Assembly: GCA_009859145.1 (NCBI GenBank)
Contig: VRVR01000029.1
Coordinates: 124,001-188,000 of the forward strand
Source of the DNA: Andalucia godoyi And28
Lineage: Eukaryota; Protista; Jakobida
Reading direction: 5' to 3'
DNA: 64,000 nucleotides
Each line of letters starts with the position of its first letter. The first letter of the stretch is position 1. Shown in pieces: positions 1-10,133 of the stretch. The notes under the pieces were generated by a model. That model saw only the letters and a list, made by a program, of their open reading frames with translations. It had not been told where the DNA came from and made no database searches. The position numbers and the translations under genes are program-made.

Positions 1-171
1 TCCACCTACTTTATTATATTTTATGCGGAAGAAACCAGCATCAGTGTTTGTACAGGTAAAGAATAGCACATTCCCCCCTCCCCCTATTGAACGGCTCGTC
101 GTCTTCGCCTGCCTGCTCATGATATAATGTTCTGTACTCATTGTTGACGCATCACAAGGCAATGGGGATTA

Positions 172-318
<147 letters not shown>

Positions 319-592
319 ATCTTCCGCTGACTGCTGTCAGTCATTCGAAAAAGAAACCCCCTCCTCCAATCTTCAAAACCTCCCAAATCAACTCCAACAC
401 CAGCCGTCAAAGAGCAGTACTTCCGCTGGCTCTGCTCTTTCCCGGCAGAAAAGCCACTGTACGAACATGGCGGTGCGGAAAAGGCGCAAAAGTCCGAAAA
501 GCGCTGCTGCTGGGATTTCTTCATTTCACTCGTTCTTCTGCTGCACCAGTGTTTTATTTTGGCCATTGGGCAGCATCCATCCATGACTATTC

Positions 593-2833
593 ATGAATCA
601 TAATTTGCTGATTGTATGTCGTGCATGGAGTGAAGCCTTTGTTCCACTTTATGCAACTCTGAATCGCAACAGCAGCAATGAGTCCAAACACACAGCAACA
701 TCAAACGGTTGCGAAATGGACGTGTTTTCGTATCCGTCTTTCGAATATGCGTTGTGCGGTCCCATGTGTGCCCGAAGTAATGCGGATGCTGTTTTCAAAC
801 CGTGCACATGGATCAAGACGGAGAAGGCCAAGAGCGTGCACATCGAGTTCCCGCAGGTTCCGCTTTCTTGGGCGGAAATCTTCATGCAAGTACGCGAAAT
901 GGTGCTCAGATCGACTGCTTCAGAGGGAAAGCTAGTGGACCTTGTCATTTTTGCGGACGATGAGTTCAATCAGATTTTGGAATGTTCTTCGCAGAATGTT
1001 TCGCCGAGTACCGTGTGCCACATAATAGAGGCGGTGGAAGCGGCGAGAAGCAGAGGCGGTGCGTGCTTTTCTCAGGGAATGAGCGATTGCTGGAGAGGAA
1101 TACTCCCGGTCAAGGATTTTAGCCACTTTTTGAGGTTTTCCGAATTGAGTGAGCTGCCAAGAGTGTCCTTTGCAGTCAGTCGTGACTTGGTTCCATTCGA
1201 GGAGACGGTGTATTCCACGTATCAATCTCCAAAGGTTTCCGTATCTTGGGACTCGAGGTTCGTTCTGTCGGACGAGATTCTCTTCCTCAAAGTACGCAGC
1301 TCTCACTACAGGACAATAGAACAGACAGCATCGTTTATTCCAATCGACGACCCAAGGAAACCACGGCTGGTTATCGATTGGCATGCCGTAATTTCACTGA
1401 ACAGACTTCCGTTTTGGGCCTATTCAGGCGTGAGCATTGATTTGCTGACGCTGGAGCCTGAATCTGCTTTTGGAGAGCTTGTGAGAAGCGATCGTTTCCG
1501 AAATCAGTTTCTTGTTGGACGGACTCTTTTTCAGCCTCTGCCGAAGCTGCAGAACGCAGGACAGGCGGCCAGTGTCCTTGGAGTTCCCGGAGAGCTGAAC
1601 GCCGTCTTTTCAATCGCGTCATTTTTTGTTGCGTTTCCTAGCCCAAGCGCCACAAGTGTGAAAATTCTTGTGTTCAATCCTCTTTTTCTACAGAAAAGAT
1701 TTTTGAGCCTGAAGTCCAATGTGCTTCCATTTGTTCGCAGTATGGGGGATTTCTGGTCTGTATCAAACTGCTGCGGACCATCTTCAACATCCGATCCAGT
1801 CGGATTAAAGGGACGCTTTGAGACGAACATTTTGAAGTCCTCTGCAGATCCCGAAGTGCAGATCGTGCTGCCTCCGCGGATTCTTGGTTCCAAAAGGTTG
1901 CCGTTGCCGTTTTCGTTTCATCAAGATCCTTTTATGTCTCTGGATGATCCCTTGACAACAGCCGATTCTGTGACTTTCAAAAAAGAGAGTGAAGAAACTG
2001 ATTCTGCTGATATTCCCGTTGTCTTGTTTCGAATGGATTGCTTGAAGAGAGCATCTTGTTTTGGAAAGCGAGCCGATGTCGCGAACATGCCGAAGCGTCG
2101 GAAAATCACGCTGTCAACGATGGAGCCGTTGACTGGAAGCGATGCACGTGCATCTTTCCCCTTGGATAGCGCCAGGCCGGCTGGCACTCTTGGCAAGCGG
2201 TCTTTGCTAATGCGGGACGCTGTTCTTAGTGCGTCTGCTGAAGATGGGGGATACATCTCCGGAAAGAGGAAGGCGAATGCTGCCGTATTCCGTCCAAACT
2301 CCAGTGGGGCTGGTACTGTTGGGCAGACCGCCGGTGTGGACAGCAAAAGTGACTGTCCACCACCACCTTCGAGCGCTGTTGTGAATGAAGCAGAAAGAAA
2401 TCGAGCGTCGCTTCAGAAGGCTGTGCGCCAACGAATCGATGCGATCGCCGATCCACATTTGCGCGATAATCTGTTGACCGAGTATCTTTCTCCGCTTGTA
2501 CAGGCCGCGGAAATCGCTGCACGTGGCATGTATGGAATGCAGTGGGAAACCAAAACTATTCCGCCGGTTGATCTCATATCTTCTGTGAATCGTGCTGTCG
2601 AGTACCGAGGCCTGTTTATGGATACTGCGTCTCCTCTGTTTGCTGCATTTGACGCTTCTCGCGTGGGGCACATATCCAATTCTCCCATTACCCCATCTGC
2701 CCTCATGTCTTCGATGTCCTCGTTTCCACGAAGTCACGCGCCGCAGAAGCGGATATTATTCTCTCCATTTCATGGAAGCACTCTTGATGATGACTCGAAT
2801 GTCGATGCGGCTTCCGAGTCATCCCGCGGCTAG
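593..2833 (+). CDS. Hypothetical protein, 746 aa
   Basis: Long ATG-initiated ORF with protein-like composition. The N-terminal half looks globular, the C-terminal half is S/P/basic-rich with a helical segment (ERNRASLQKAVRQRIDAI). No family recognised. Confidence 0.8.
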   Translation: MNHNLLIVCRAWSEAFVPLYATLNRNSSNESKHTATSNGCEMDVFSYPSFEYALCGPMCARSNADAVFKPCTWIKTEKAKSVHIEFPQVPLSWAEIFMQVREMVLRSTASEGKLVDLVIFADDEFNQILECSSQNVSPSTVCHIIEAVEAARSRGGACFSQGMSDCWRGILPVKDFSHFLRFSELSELPRVSFAVSRDLVPFEETVYSTYQSPKVSVSWDSRFVLSDEILFLKVRSSHYRTIEQTASFIPIDDPRKPRLVIDWHAVISLNRLPFWAYSGVSIDLLTLEPESAFGELVRSDRFRNQFLVGRTLFQPLPKLQNAGQAASVLGVPGELNAVFSIASFFVAFPSPSATSVKILVFNPLFLQKRFLSLKSNVLPFVRSMGDFWSVSNCCGPSSTSDPVGLKGRFETNILKSSADPEVQIVLPPRILGSKRLPLPFSFHQDPFMSLDDPLTTADSVTFKKESEETDSADIPVVLFRMDCLKRASCFGKRADVANMPKRRKITLSTMEPLTGSDARASFPLDSARPAGTLGKRSLLMRDAVLSASAEDGGYISGKRKANAAVFRPNSSGAGTVGQTAGVDSKSDCPPPPSSAVVNEAERNRASLQKAVRQRIDAIADPHLRDNLLTEYLSPLVQAAEIAARGMYGMQWETKTIPPVDLISSVNRAVEYRGLFMDTASPLFAAFDASRVGHISNSPITPSALMSSMSSFPRSHAPQKRILFSPFHGSTLDDDSNVDAASESSRG

Positions 2834-3276
2834 CAGAGTGCGGTTTTTCTGTCTGTCTGTCTGCAATCCGCCCTCTCCGCTGCTTATTTGATGATAGTGG
2901 TTTTGGCATTCTCGGTCCGTTTCTCAGTCTTGTACAGTATTTCTGCTGTCGCCACGCATGCACCCGCGAGCCACGCGACACGACCCATCTGACACGGCAC
3001 CCTCTTTCTGCCGGCTGTAGAAATTAAAGGGCCTCTCAGCTTTCCCGCCAGTTTCCCCGCAAAAAGACGATGGGAATCCAACGTTTTTCTTATTTTCTTT
3101 TTGTTACATTGTTATTCCTGATCCTTGCTCTGTTTCATTAATTTTATTATTATTGGTATTTCGTTCTGTGCTTGTCTATTGGGCTCCGGCGGCTGCTTGT
3201 TTCCCGTGTAGTGTATTTATTGTTTGTTGTTGTATGTATGACCGTAGATCACCGTCATCTCCAGTCAAGACGGTGA

Positions 3277-6060
3277 ATGGCTTGGTTGCGCTATGTGTGT
3301 CCAGTGCGGACGTATTCTGTCCTCGAGTCTGTTTTAGAATTGCCGTCGAGATCGATGCGCAGGTTTTCGACGAGCATTTCGGATGACCATGCTTGCCGGG
3401 ATCCTCGACATCAAGTTCATTCAGCCTTTAATGTTGGAATGTCTTTGCGTGATTATCAGCACAGGTTGTTGGAAAATACCAGGACTCACTATGCGTCGTC
3501 CCTGAATCGGCAGCTGTGGATTGCGTCGACTGGACTGGGGAAAACAGTGGCATTTGCTTCGCTTCCGCACATGTTTCCTGAGCTTATGGATCGAAAGCAT
3601 TTTCGAGGAGGAATGCTTGTTCTCGTGCATCGAAACGAACTTGTGCACCAAGCTGCAGAAAAGTGTCGGCTGCAGAATCCACACTTGGCGGTGGGAATCG
3701 ACTGCGGTTCATCTACGTGCGATCCGGACCTTGTGGACATCGTTGTTGCTACGGTGCAATCTCTGGGACGCGAAAATTCACCGAGACTGGCAAAATACCA
3801 CGGCAGATTTGGAATCGTTGTGGTGGACGAGGCACATCACATTGCTCCGGGCTCCACTTACGAGAAGATCCTGGACTTTGTTGGTGTTGGGCCAAACTCT
3901 GCTTCTTCGCAAACGACGCTGAATCCAATTTTACAGTCAATCGACAGCAAATTGGCGCATCCGAAAAAACTGCTCGTGGGGGTTACGGCTACTCCGAATC
4001 GCACGGATAAGCAAGGATTGGAGCGCTTTTTCAACGTCCTTTCTTCGAATCTGGATCTTCGGTGGGGCGTCTCCGAGGGGTTCCTGGTCGACATCCGGCC
4101 TTATCGAATCTCGACGATGGTAGATCTCGACGATGCAAAATGCGGCATTGGTTACGGCCCCGATTCTGAAAAGGATTTCATTCTGTCTCAACTGGCGGCG
4201 ACTGTGGATCAGGATAACCGAAACCACTTGATTGTCGAGCAGACTCTCCGATTTCTTCAATCTGCAGACTTTTTGGATAAGCGGTCTCGACTGGATGTGC
4301 AATCAGGAATCCACAAACCGATTTCTGCAGGAACGTGTCCGCCATCCGTGCTGGTGTTTGCAGCCTCGGTCCCGCACGCCCATCACTTGGCCAGCCTGTT
4401 CCAAGACCATACTGGGGATCCCGCCATTGCTGCTTGTATAGATGCTAACACCGATCGAGAGGAACGGCGATTGATTGTGGACAAGTTTAGAAACAAGAAA
4501 TTGCAGGTGTTGTGCAACTTTGGTGTATTAACGGAGGGCTTCGATGCGCCAAGTGTGGACGTTGTGGTCATGGCGCGACCTACGTTATCGCAGCCTTTGT
4601 ATTTGCAAATGCTAGGCAGAGGAACGCGTCCTGACGGTGTCAGTCTGACTCATTTGCTGACCCGGGAAAGGCGGCTCCAGGCGATAGAGCAGAGCAGAAA
4701 ACCGCATTTGAATGTATTGGATTTTGTGGATTCGACACGCAAGCACAGGGTTGTGTCGTGTGCCTCTCTTGTTGGTCTGCCATCGACGCTTGATCCTTCT
4801 GGATATCAGCTTATGGGGGATCTATTTCCAATGGCCAGGGAGATCCCTTCAGTGTTCCTTCATTCAGAGTCTCTTGACGGTCCAACGGTTTCGACGTTTG
4901 CAGATCTTGTTGCGGTGAAGAGGCACGTCGAATCGGTGGACATGTGGAAGGAGAACTTATTAGTTGAATCGGATCTTGATGAGAGCATCCAGAACGCTTC
5001 CAATTTTTCGTGGATGAAACTTGCATTCTCCGTCTATGGGGATGCTGAGACGTATCGCTTGTCGTTGCCTGCTTCGTCGACGGCCGGTGCTTCTGGATTT
5101 CGATCGCGCGCGCCTGCTCAGACGTCCATGCTCGAAACCATAGTATCCGGAGTTCTGGCGCAGCGTCATATCGATGTCTACAAAGACCCTCTTGGTAAGT
5201 GGTCTGTCCTTGATTCAGCAGTCTCTCGGTTTCCGTACGCTGTTCTATCCCCGACAGCCAGACGGGTGCTTGCGATTGCAGATGCTTCTGGGGAAGCGGA
5301 AGTCGCAACCCAGCTCACTTCTGCGATTCTGGCAATACAAGCAGCAGAATCCTACGTTGAAGGCCGGTATCCGCATGCGTGCAAGCTTCTTCGCCGGGAA
5401 GCTCCTTGGAAGAAAGACCCATGTTCCCCTCCGCAAGCACGGTATTTGCTGCGGTATCGCTTGGTTCCGATGCCTTCTTCCGCGCAGCTATCCGCGAAAG
5501 ACGTGCGAGCCGTGCCGGGGAGCTCGTCGAAAAGTGATTCCTTGTTCCAAACAACGGAATCTGGTGAGTTGACAGGCCTGCACGGTGGACTGAAGGATTT
5601 TGCCAAAAGAAGATCGTCAATGGATGACGGTCTTCTCGACTATGTGTGCAAGACTTTTTCCAAAGGCCAAGCCCATGCCTTGATTCAGAAGCACAAGCTT
5701 CAGGCAGCCGCAGCACAACCGACGTTGGCTGCGGCACATACGCAAGATGACAAAGTCGAAAAGCAAGCATTGTCACCTAGCGTGTTTACCGAGATTCCGT
5801 CTGACGAGTGGTTTGCGAACCATGCATGTTCCGTCAAGCAATTGGCTGTTTTGCAGCGCATCGGACTGATTCGGAAGGATGCAACGCCAGAGTTGATTGA
5901 CAAGAATGTCGCCAACGCCGTTCTTGGTTATTTTTACAAGACCATCGGCTCCTCACGATCTACGCCGCCAACTCCCTCGGATGCTTTGACAAGAGGAGTG
6001 TCCGCCTGGCCAGCCAGCAAGCAAGACAGCGTTCAGCAAAAGAAGAGTAAAGAACAGTGA
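3277..6060 (+). CDS. IRC3: SF2 DExH helicase, Irc3-like, probably mitochondrial
   Basis: Motifs STGLGKT (I), VLVHRNEL (Ia), VVDEAHH (II), VTATPNR (III), VLTEGFD (V), QMLGRGTR (VI), plus VLDFVD typical of Irc3. The N-terminus (..SMRRFSTS) is presequence-like. Confidence 0.85.
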   Translation: MAWLRYVCPVRTYSVLESVLELPSRSMRRFSTSISDDHACRDPRHQVHSAFNVGMSLRDYQHRLLENTRTHYASSLNRQLWIASTGLGKTVAFASLPHMFPELMDRKHFRGGMLVLVHRNELVHQAAEKCRLQNPHLAVGIDCGSSTCDPDLVDIVVATVQSLGRENSPRLAKYHGRFGIVVVDEAHHIAPGSTYEKILDFVGVGPNSASSQTTLNPILQSIDSKLAHPKKLLVGVTATPNRTDKQGLERFFNVLSSNLDLRWGVSEGFLVDIRPYRISTMVDLDDAKCGIGYGPDSEKDFILSQLAATVDQDNRNHLIVEQTLRFLQSADFLDKRSRLDVQSGIHKPISAGTCPPSVLVFAASVPHAHHLASLFQDHTGDPAIAACIDANTDREERRLIVDKFRNKKLQVLCNFGVLTEGFDAPSVDVVVMARPTLSQPLYLQMLGRGTRPDGVSLTHLLTRERRLQAIEQSRKPHLNVLDFVDSTRKHRVVSCASLVGLPSTLDPSGYQLMGDLFPMAREIPSVFLHSESLDGPTVSTFADLVAVKRHVESVDMWKENLLVESDLDESIQNASNFSWMKLAFSVYGDAETYRLSLPASSTAGASGFRSRAPAQTSMLETIVSGVLAQRHIDVYKDPLGKWSVLDSAVSRFPYAVLSPTARRVLAIADASGEAEVATQLTSAILAIQAAESYVEGRYPHACKLLRREAPWKKDPCSPPQARYLLRYRLVPMPSSAQLSAKDVRAVPGSSSKSDSLFQTTESGELTGLHGGLKDFAKRRSSMDDGLLDYVCKTFSKGQAHALIQKHKLQAAAAQPTLAAAHTQDDKVEKQALSPSVFTEIPSDEWFANHACSVKQLAVLQRIGLIRKDATPELIDKNVANAVLGYFYKTIGSSRSTPPTPSDALTRGVSAWPASKQDSVQQKKSKEQ

Positions 6061-6102
6061 TTCCTTCCTTCACACCTTGTTATTTTACGCTGATGTGCAC
6101 AG

Positions 6103-6127
6103 ACACACACACACACACACACACACA
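6103..6127. repeat. (CA)n microsatellite between two convergent stop codons
   Basis: Read directly in the 73-bp gap between the helicase and amine oxidase genes. Confidence 0.9.
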
Positions 6128-6133
6128 TGACGA

Positions 6134-7714
6134 TCACAGTCGAGAGCGCTGGGCAAGTCGTGCGGCAATCTCTTCGGCGGCGCGATACCCGGACTCCACA
6201 GCACCGTGCATGTACCCTTGCCATTCGCGAGCAGTTTCTGTGCCTGCCCAGTGCACTTTACCGAACGGTCGTCGCAGTGCTTGTCCATACGCAGCAAGAG
6301 CGCCAGGTTGAAGGTAGGACACGTAGCATCCGCCCGAATACACTTCATCAGACCAGTTCTTATCAACATAGAGATCATACGTCCTGGCTTGCTCGCCGAA
6401 CATGTTTGCCAAGAAATCAATGACCATTTTCTCTCGCTCCTGGGGGCTCATTGCTCCAAACCGAGCAACAGCCTGATGGCCAACACAAAATCCAATAATG
6501 GCTGGCTTGCCTTCCGGTGTGGTATCATCATACGTCAGAAATATAGGAAACTGGTCCGAAATGCACTCTGCAGAAAGACCCTTCTCCAGCCACCACGCAG
6601 TCTTGTACCCGACAATTGTCTTGATGCAGCACCCCGAGGTAGAACGTAGCGCCAACTGCATGCGATCCATGGGTAGCGCAGGAAAAAAGGAAATGCGATG
6701 TTGCAGCGCGGGAGGAAGCGCCACAAGCACATACTTTGCGCGGAATTTCCGACCGTCCTCCACAGTGACTTCGGCGATTCCAGCCTCCCCGCCGCCCGTC
6801 ACATTGGCGGCTGACGTGATATCCAGTTCTGAATACTGCTTAATCTGCGAAACGGGGCAGTTCAAAAAAACGTTTTGGCGTCCTACGATGTCGGCTAACC
6901 GTTCTGAAATCTGCTGAGCTCCCCCAAGGATTCTATCCTGCTGTGCACCACCTCGGATATCAGACAACGGGGCATAGCCGCCGGCCGTCCGCAGGAAGTA
7001 CAAGAAAAAGTACAGAGAAATCGCAGACGGCTCTGTCGAGAACACGGCCCGCACGAACCATTCAAGCATCGATCGCGCCGTCGCAGCATCCGACTTGCTG
7101 CTGCTGTTACTGTTGCTGGATGGTGACGACACGGAGTCCTCTGGGAACTTCTTGGCAAGCCAGGCGTCCATGGAGATAGAATCGAGCGCCTCGGCCTCCG
7201 CATGCGCCTGCGGACGCGCAGGGTCGATATTCTTCGCCATTGCATCCAGTTCCTCGACAGCCTTTTCCAAACTCTTGATGGAGTTCGCAATCACCTTGAC
7301 ATGCGCATTCGGGCTGTTGTTCAAACTCGAGATGTTGCCCACATACGGCATTCGATTCCCGTTCGTATACAAGATGTGTGTTCCTTCATCTGGCTGTGGA
7401 GACGTTTGGATCCCAAACCTCGCAAGCAGGCTGTACATCAGATTCTGCGAACCGCCAATCCACTGCCCACCAAGATCCACCGTGATTGGAAACGCAAGCG
7501 GCTGACCAAACCGGTCAAGCGCAAACGGAACCGAGTATGTGCGCCCACCAACCCTGTCGCGAGCTTCAAGCACAAGAACACGCGGTTTTGCCGACGCCAG
7601 CGACGATCTTACACTGTCTGAATTTGGATTAAGAGACGGATCACACAACAGCGCAGCCGCAGAAAGACCGGCAAGTCCCGCACCAACTACAATCACATCA
7701 GCATCCACCTTCAT
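6134..7714 (-). CDS. Flavin-containing amine oxidase (MAO family), 526 aa
   Basis: FAD fold DVIVVGAGLAGLSAA, LEARDRVGGR, DLGGQWIG and C-terminal HWAGTETAREWQGYMHGAVESG. Start placed at MKVDADV (7714); the 75 upstream codons are low-complexity UTR-like sequence. Confidence 0.92.
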   Translation of the reverse strand: MKVDADVIVVGAGLAGLSAAALLCDPSLNPNSDSVRSSLASAKPRVLVLEARDRVGGRTYSVPFALDRFGQPLAFPITVDLGGQWIGGSQNLMYSLLARFGIQTSPQPDEGTHILYTNGNRMPYVGNISSLNNSPNAHVKVIANSIKSLEKAVEELDAMAKNIDPARPQAHAEAEALDSISMDAWLAKKFPEDSVSSPSSNSNSSSKSDAATARSMLEWFVRAVFSTEPSAISLYFFLYFLRTAGGYAPLSDIRGGAQQDRILGGAQQISERLADIVGRQNVFLNCPVSQIKQYSELDITSAANVTGGGEAGIAEVTVEDGRKFRAKYVLVALPPALQHRISFFPALPMDRMQLALRSTSGCCIKTIVGYKTAWWLEKGLSAECISDQFPIFLTYDDTTPEGKPAIIGFCVGHQAVARFGAMSPQEREKMVIDFLANMFGEQARTYDLYVDKNWSDEVYSGGCYVSYLQPGALAAYGQALRRPFGKVHWAGTETAREWQGYMHGAVESGYRAAEEIAARLAQRSRL

Positions 7715-8124
7715 CTTTCTCCTGGATTTCGTCCCTCCCACCTTTCTTGTCCAAACTCTCGTGGAAACCCTGCAGGGGAGATTAAAAAAATAATTGGAAA
7801 ACTGGAAAACCACAAACGATGAAACACTCGACGCTGAACACGCAATCGAGGAGAAAGCAAAAATAGAAAAATTTAGAAAAAACGATGGGTCCGCATCCGC
7901 ACCTTGTGAATGGCTGTAGTGCAGGCGTTCAAGTTGCAAGCTCGAAGCTAGGACTACAGGAGTTGCTCATGCACCGGTTAAGTTGGGGGGCAATTGTGAG
8001 TCGTGGCGCTTGAGGTTGGGTCCGAGGTGCTCATCAAAAAGTCTTGTCCGAACGCCGAACTCTGAACGACGACGATCTTTCATTCCTGTACGACAGTGAG
8101 AAGTCGAGGGAAATACGCGCAAAA

Positions 8125-8127
<3 letters not shown>

Positions 8128-8167
<40 letters not shown>
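8128..8167. repeat. (GA)n microsatellite ending 7 nt before an ATG
   Basis: Read directly. Confidence 0.93.
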
Positions 8168-8171
<4 letters not shown>

Positions 8172-8174
8172 AGG

Positions 8175-9191
8175 ATGCTTTCGCAAGCTCAGAGAAGAGT
8201 GCACAAGCTTGTTCACTCGATTCGTCCGCCGTCTGCGCTAAGCACGCCGTCGCAGTTTTGCTCGTTCGCTACGACTACGACCGGTGCACCATCGCGATCT
8301 GCGGGTGTCGTCTACACGACTGTGCGGCTGCCTGTTCCCGTGGCCCAGCAGCAACGGCCGTCAGACGCCCTTCCGCTGCCGCCGATTCGAGATGATGCGA
8401 AACTGACAGTCGTCGTGGATCTGGATGAGACGCTCGTTCACGCCATTGAGGCGGATGCTGACATTTTCCATCACGAAACGTCGGAGGATGCGCTTGAGGA
8501 ACCGTTTATCCCGCCTCGGGTTCCTGATTTGTCAATTGACTTTGCGACGATGTACGGCCACAAGCAAAAGCAGGGCGCTGGTGGAGGGGGAGCAGGAAGG
8601 GCAGACCCTGCTCAGATACGCTCGTCGTCGTCTGTGATGCATGTTTGGATGAGACCGCATGCTAAGCAGTTTCTGGATGTTGTGTCGTCGTTTGCCGAGA
8701 TTGTGCTGTGGACCGCGGGCACTGCTGGGTATGCAAACCCCGTCATTGACTACCTTTTGGATTCTGCTGCCCAACAACAACAGCAGCAACGGGATAATGA
8801 CGACATCGGCGACAAGAAGAAGAGATGCATTACGTACAGATTGTTCAGAGACACTGTGACGCCAACCGATGGCAAAAGCGTCCTGTCGGGATACTATTAC
8901 AAGGATCTCGGGCTGCTGGGCCGCGATCTCAAAAAGACTGTCATTGTGGAGAACACGTTCAAGTGCTACTCGCCACACCATCTCTACAATGGTATTCCTG
9001 TGTTTTCGTACTATGGACACGATATGGTCAAGGTGCTGAAAGATGAGCATGACACGCAGCCAACTCGAATGGTCGATCCGACACTCGCGGAGCTTGCCGG
9101 ATTCTTGAAGTTGCTAAACGACGTGGACGATGTTCGGCCGGTTTTGAAGGAGGTTTGGAAGGGCAGACCCATCCCCGGAATGAATCCATGA
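8175..9191 (+). CDS. FCP1/SCP (NIF) family HAD phosphatase
   Basis: Intact DxDxT motif VVDLDETLVH, then VWMRPHAKQFL, EIVLWTAG, YANPVIDYL, YYKDLGLLGRDLKKTVIVEN, NGIPV. Confidence 0.9.
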   Translation: MLSQAQRRVHKLVHSIRPPSALSTPSQFCSFATTTTGAPSRSAGVVYTTVRLPVPVAQQQRPSDALPLPPIRDDAKLTVVVDLDETLVHAIEADADIFHHETSEDALEEPFIPPRVPDLSIDFATMYGHKQKQGAGGGGAGRADPAQIRSSSSVMHVWMRPHAKQFLDVVSSFAEIVLWTAGTAGYANPVIDYLLDSAAQQQQQQRDNDDIGDKKKRCITYRLFRDTVTPTDGKSVLSGYYYKDLGLLGRDLKKTVIVENTFKCYSPHHLYNGIPVFSYYGHDMVKVLKDEHDTQPTRMVDPTLAELAGFLKLLNDVDDVRPVLKEVWKGRPIPGMNP

Positions 9192-9250
9192 TGAAAGAAG
9201 AATGATGAAAGAAGAATGATGAAAGAAGAATGATGATGATGATGATGATG
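9188..9250. repeat. Three copies of ATGATGAAAGAAGA followed by (ATG)7
   Basis: Read directly at and just after the phosphatase stop codon. Confidence 0.85.
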
Positions 9251-9417
9251 AGTTCGTTTTATTGACGATTTAAAGTGGGAAATAGAGTACAAAGGAGAAG
9301 CAGTAGGCATTTTACGTCGGCATGTTACTTATTTATTTGTAATTTTTTGCATTTGCATTTGCCTCTGCATCGGCTATTTGAAACGGTGTTGTGCATTTTC
9401 CTTTTTATTATGACGCG

Positions 9418-9720
9418 TTACGAACGAACCGACTCCTCGGCCCTGTTGATGAACTCGGCGAGCGCGATGTCCTTTTCGGAAACACCGTTGCACGTATGGG
9501 TTGCCAGAAGAATGTTGACTTTGTTGTAGACGTTGAACCATTCGGGGTGGTGATCGACTCGATCTGCCTCTTCTGCGACGACATTCATAAACTTCCACGC
9601 TTGCTTAAAGTCGCCAAAGACGAGATTCTTCACGATTGCCTCCCGGTCTCCCGTCGCAACCGACCATCCGCTCAGGTGTGAAATCTTCGCAGCGATCTCT
9701 GAACGGGCAATTCTCGACAT
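9418..9720 (-). CDS. PCBD1: Pterin-4-alpha-carbinolamine dehydratase, 100 aa
   Basis: Signature DHHPEWFNVYNKV and LATHTCNGVSEKDIALA. Start placed at MSRIARSEI (9720). Confidence 0.95.
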   Translation of the reverse strand: MSRIARSEIAAKISHLSGWSVATGDREAIVKNLVFGDFKQAWKFMNVVAEEADRVDHHPEWFNVYNKVNILLATHTCNGVSEKDIALAEFINRAEESVRS

Positions 9721-9795
9721 TTTCCCCGGGGCTCTATCGAAACGCACACAGTAACCGTATTCTGCGAGAATGATCAACAACCAGTCCGCAGAACG

Positions 9796-9830
9796 CTGTT
9801 CTGTTCTGTTCTGTTCTGTTCTGTTCTGTT
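9796..9830. repeat. (CTGTT)7 pentanucleotide repeat
   Basis: Read directly, upstream of the PCD gene. Confidence 0.9.
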
Positions 9831-10133
9831 CAAAGGCAAAGCCATCGCCGATTTCTGAAAACACGGATATCGGAGACTTTTTGGAAGAATAGCACCCGAC
9901 TACGGTAGTTCCTGCACCGGCTGTCCCGTTTTTCCTCCAAAGACCAAAGTGAAGAGTGAAAAAACGAAACGATTCTTAATATTTATTAATTTTTCTTTCT
10001 CACTTTTTTTTTTGGCATCTGTTTTTGGCTGCAATAAATTTTCCCCCTCCGAGTGTACAGAGTTGCAGACAGACGCGGGGTTGCAGTTGGCGAGAATTGG
10101 GCGTGACGAGGAGAGCAAAGGTTCTGATTGAAC

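Noticed and set aside
7715-7939. N-terminal extensions given by the ORF track (also at 14591, 19905, 21087, 37300, 41113, 49096, 52148, 55511, 57551, 60160)
   Set aside because: They use non-ATG starts or run through T-rich UTR or intron sequence. Family homology begins at the downstream ATG or at a spliced upstream exon.
8175-9191. Naming this gene TIM50
   Set aside because: No TM helix is visible and the catalytic motif is intact. It is kept only as a hypothesis.
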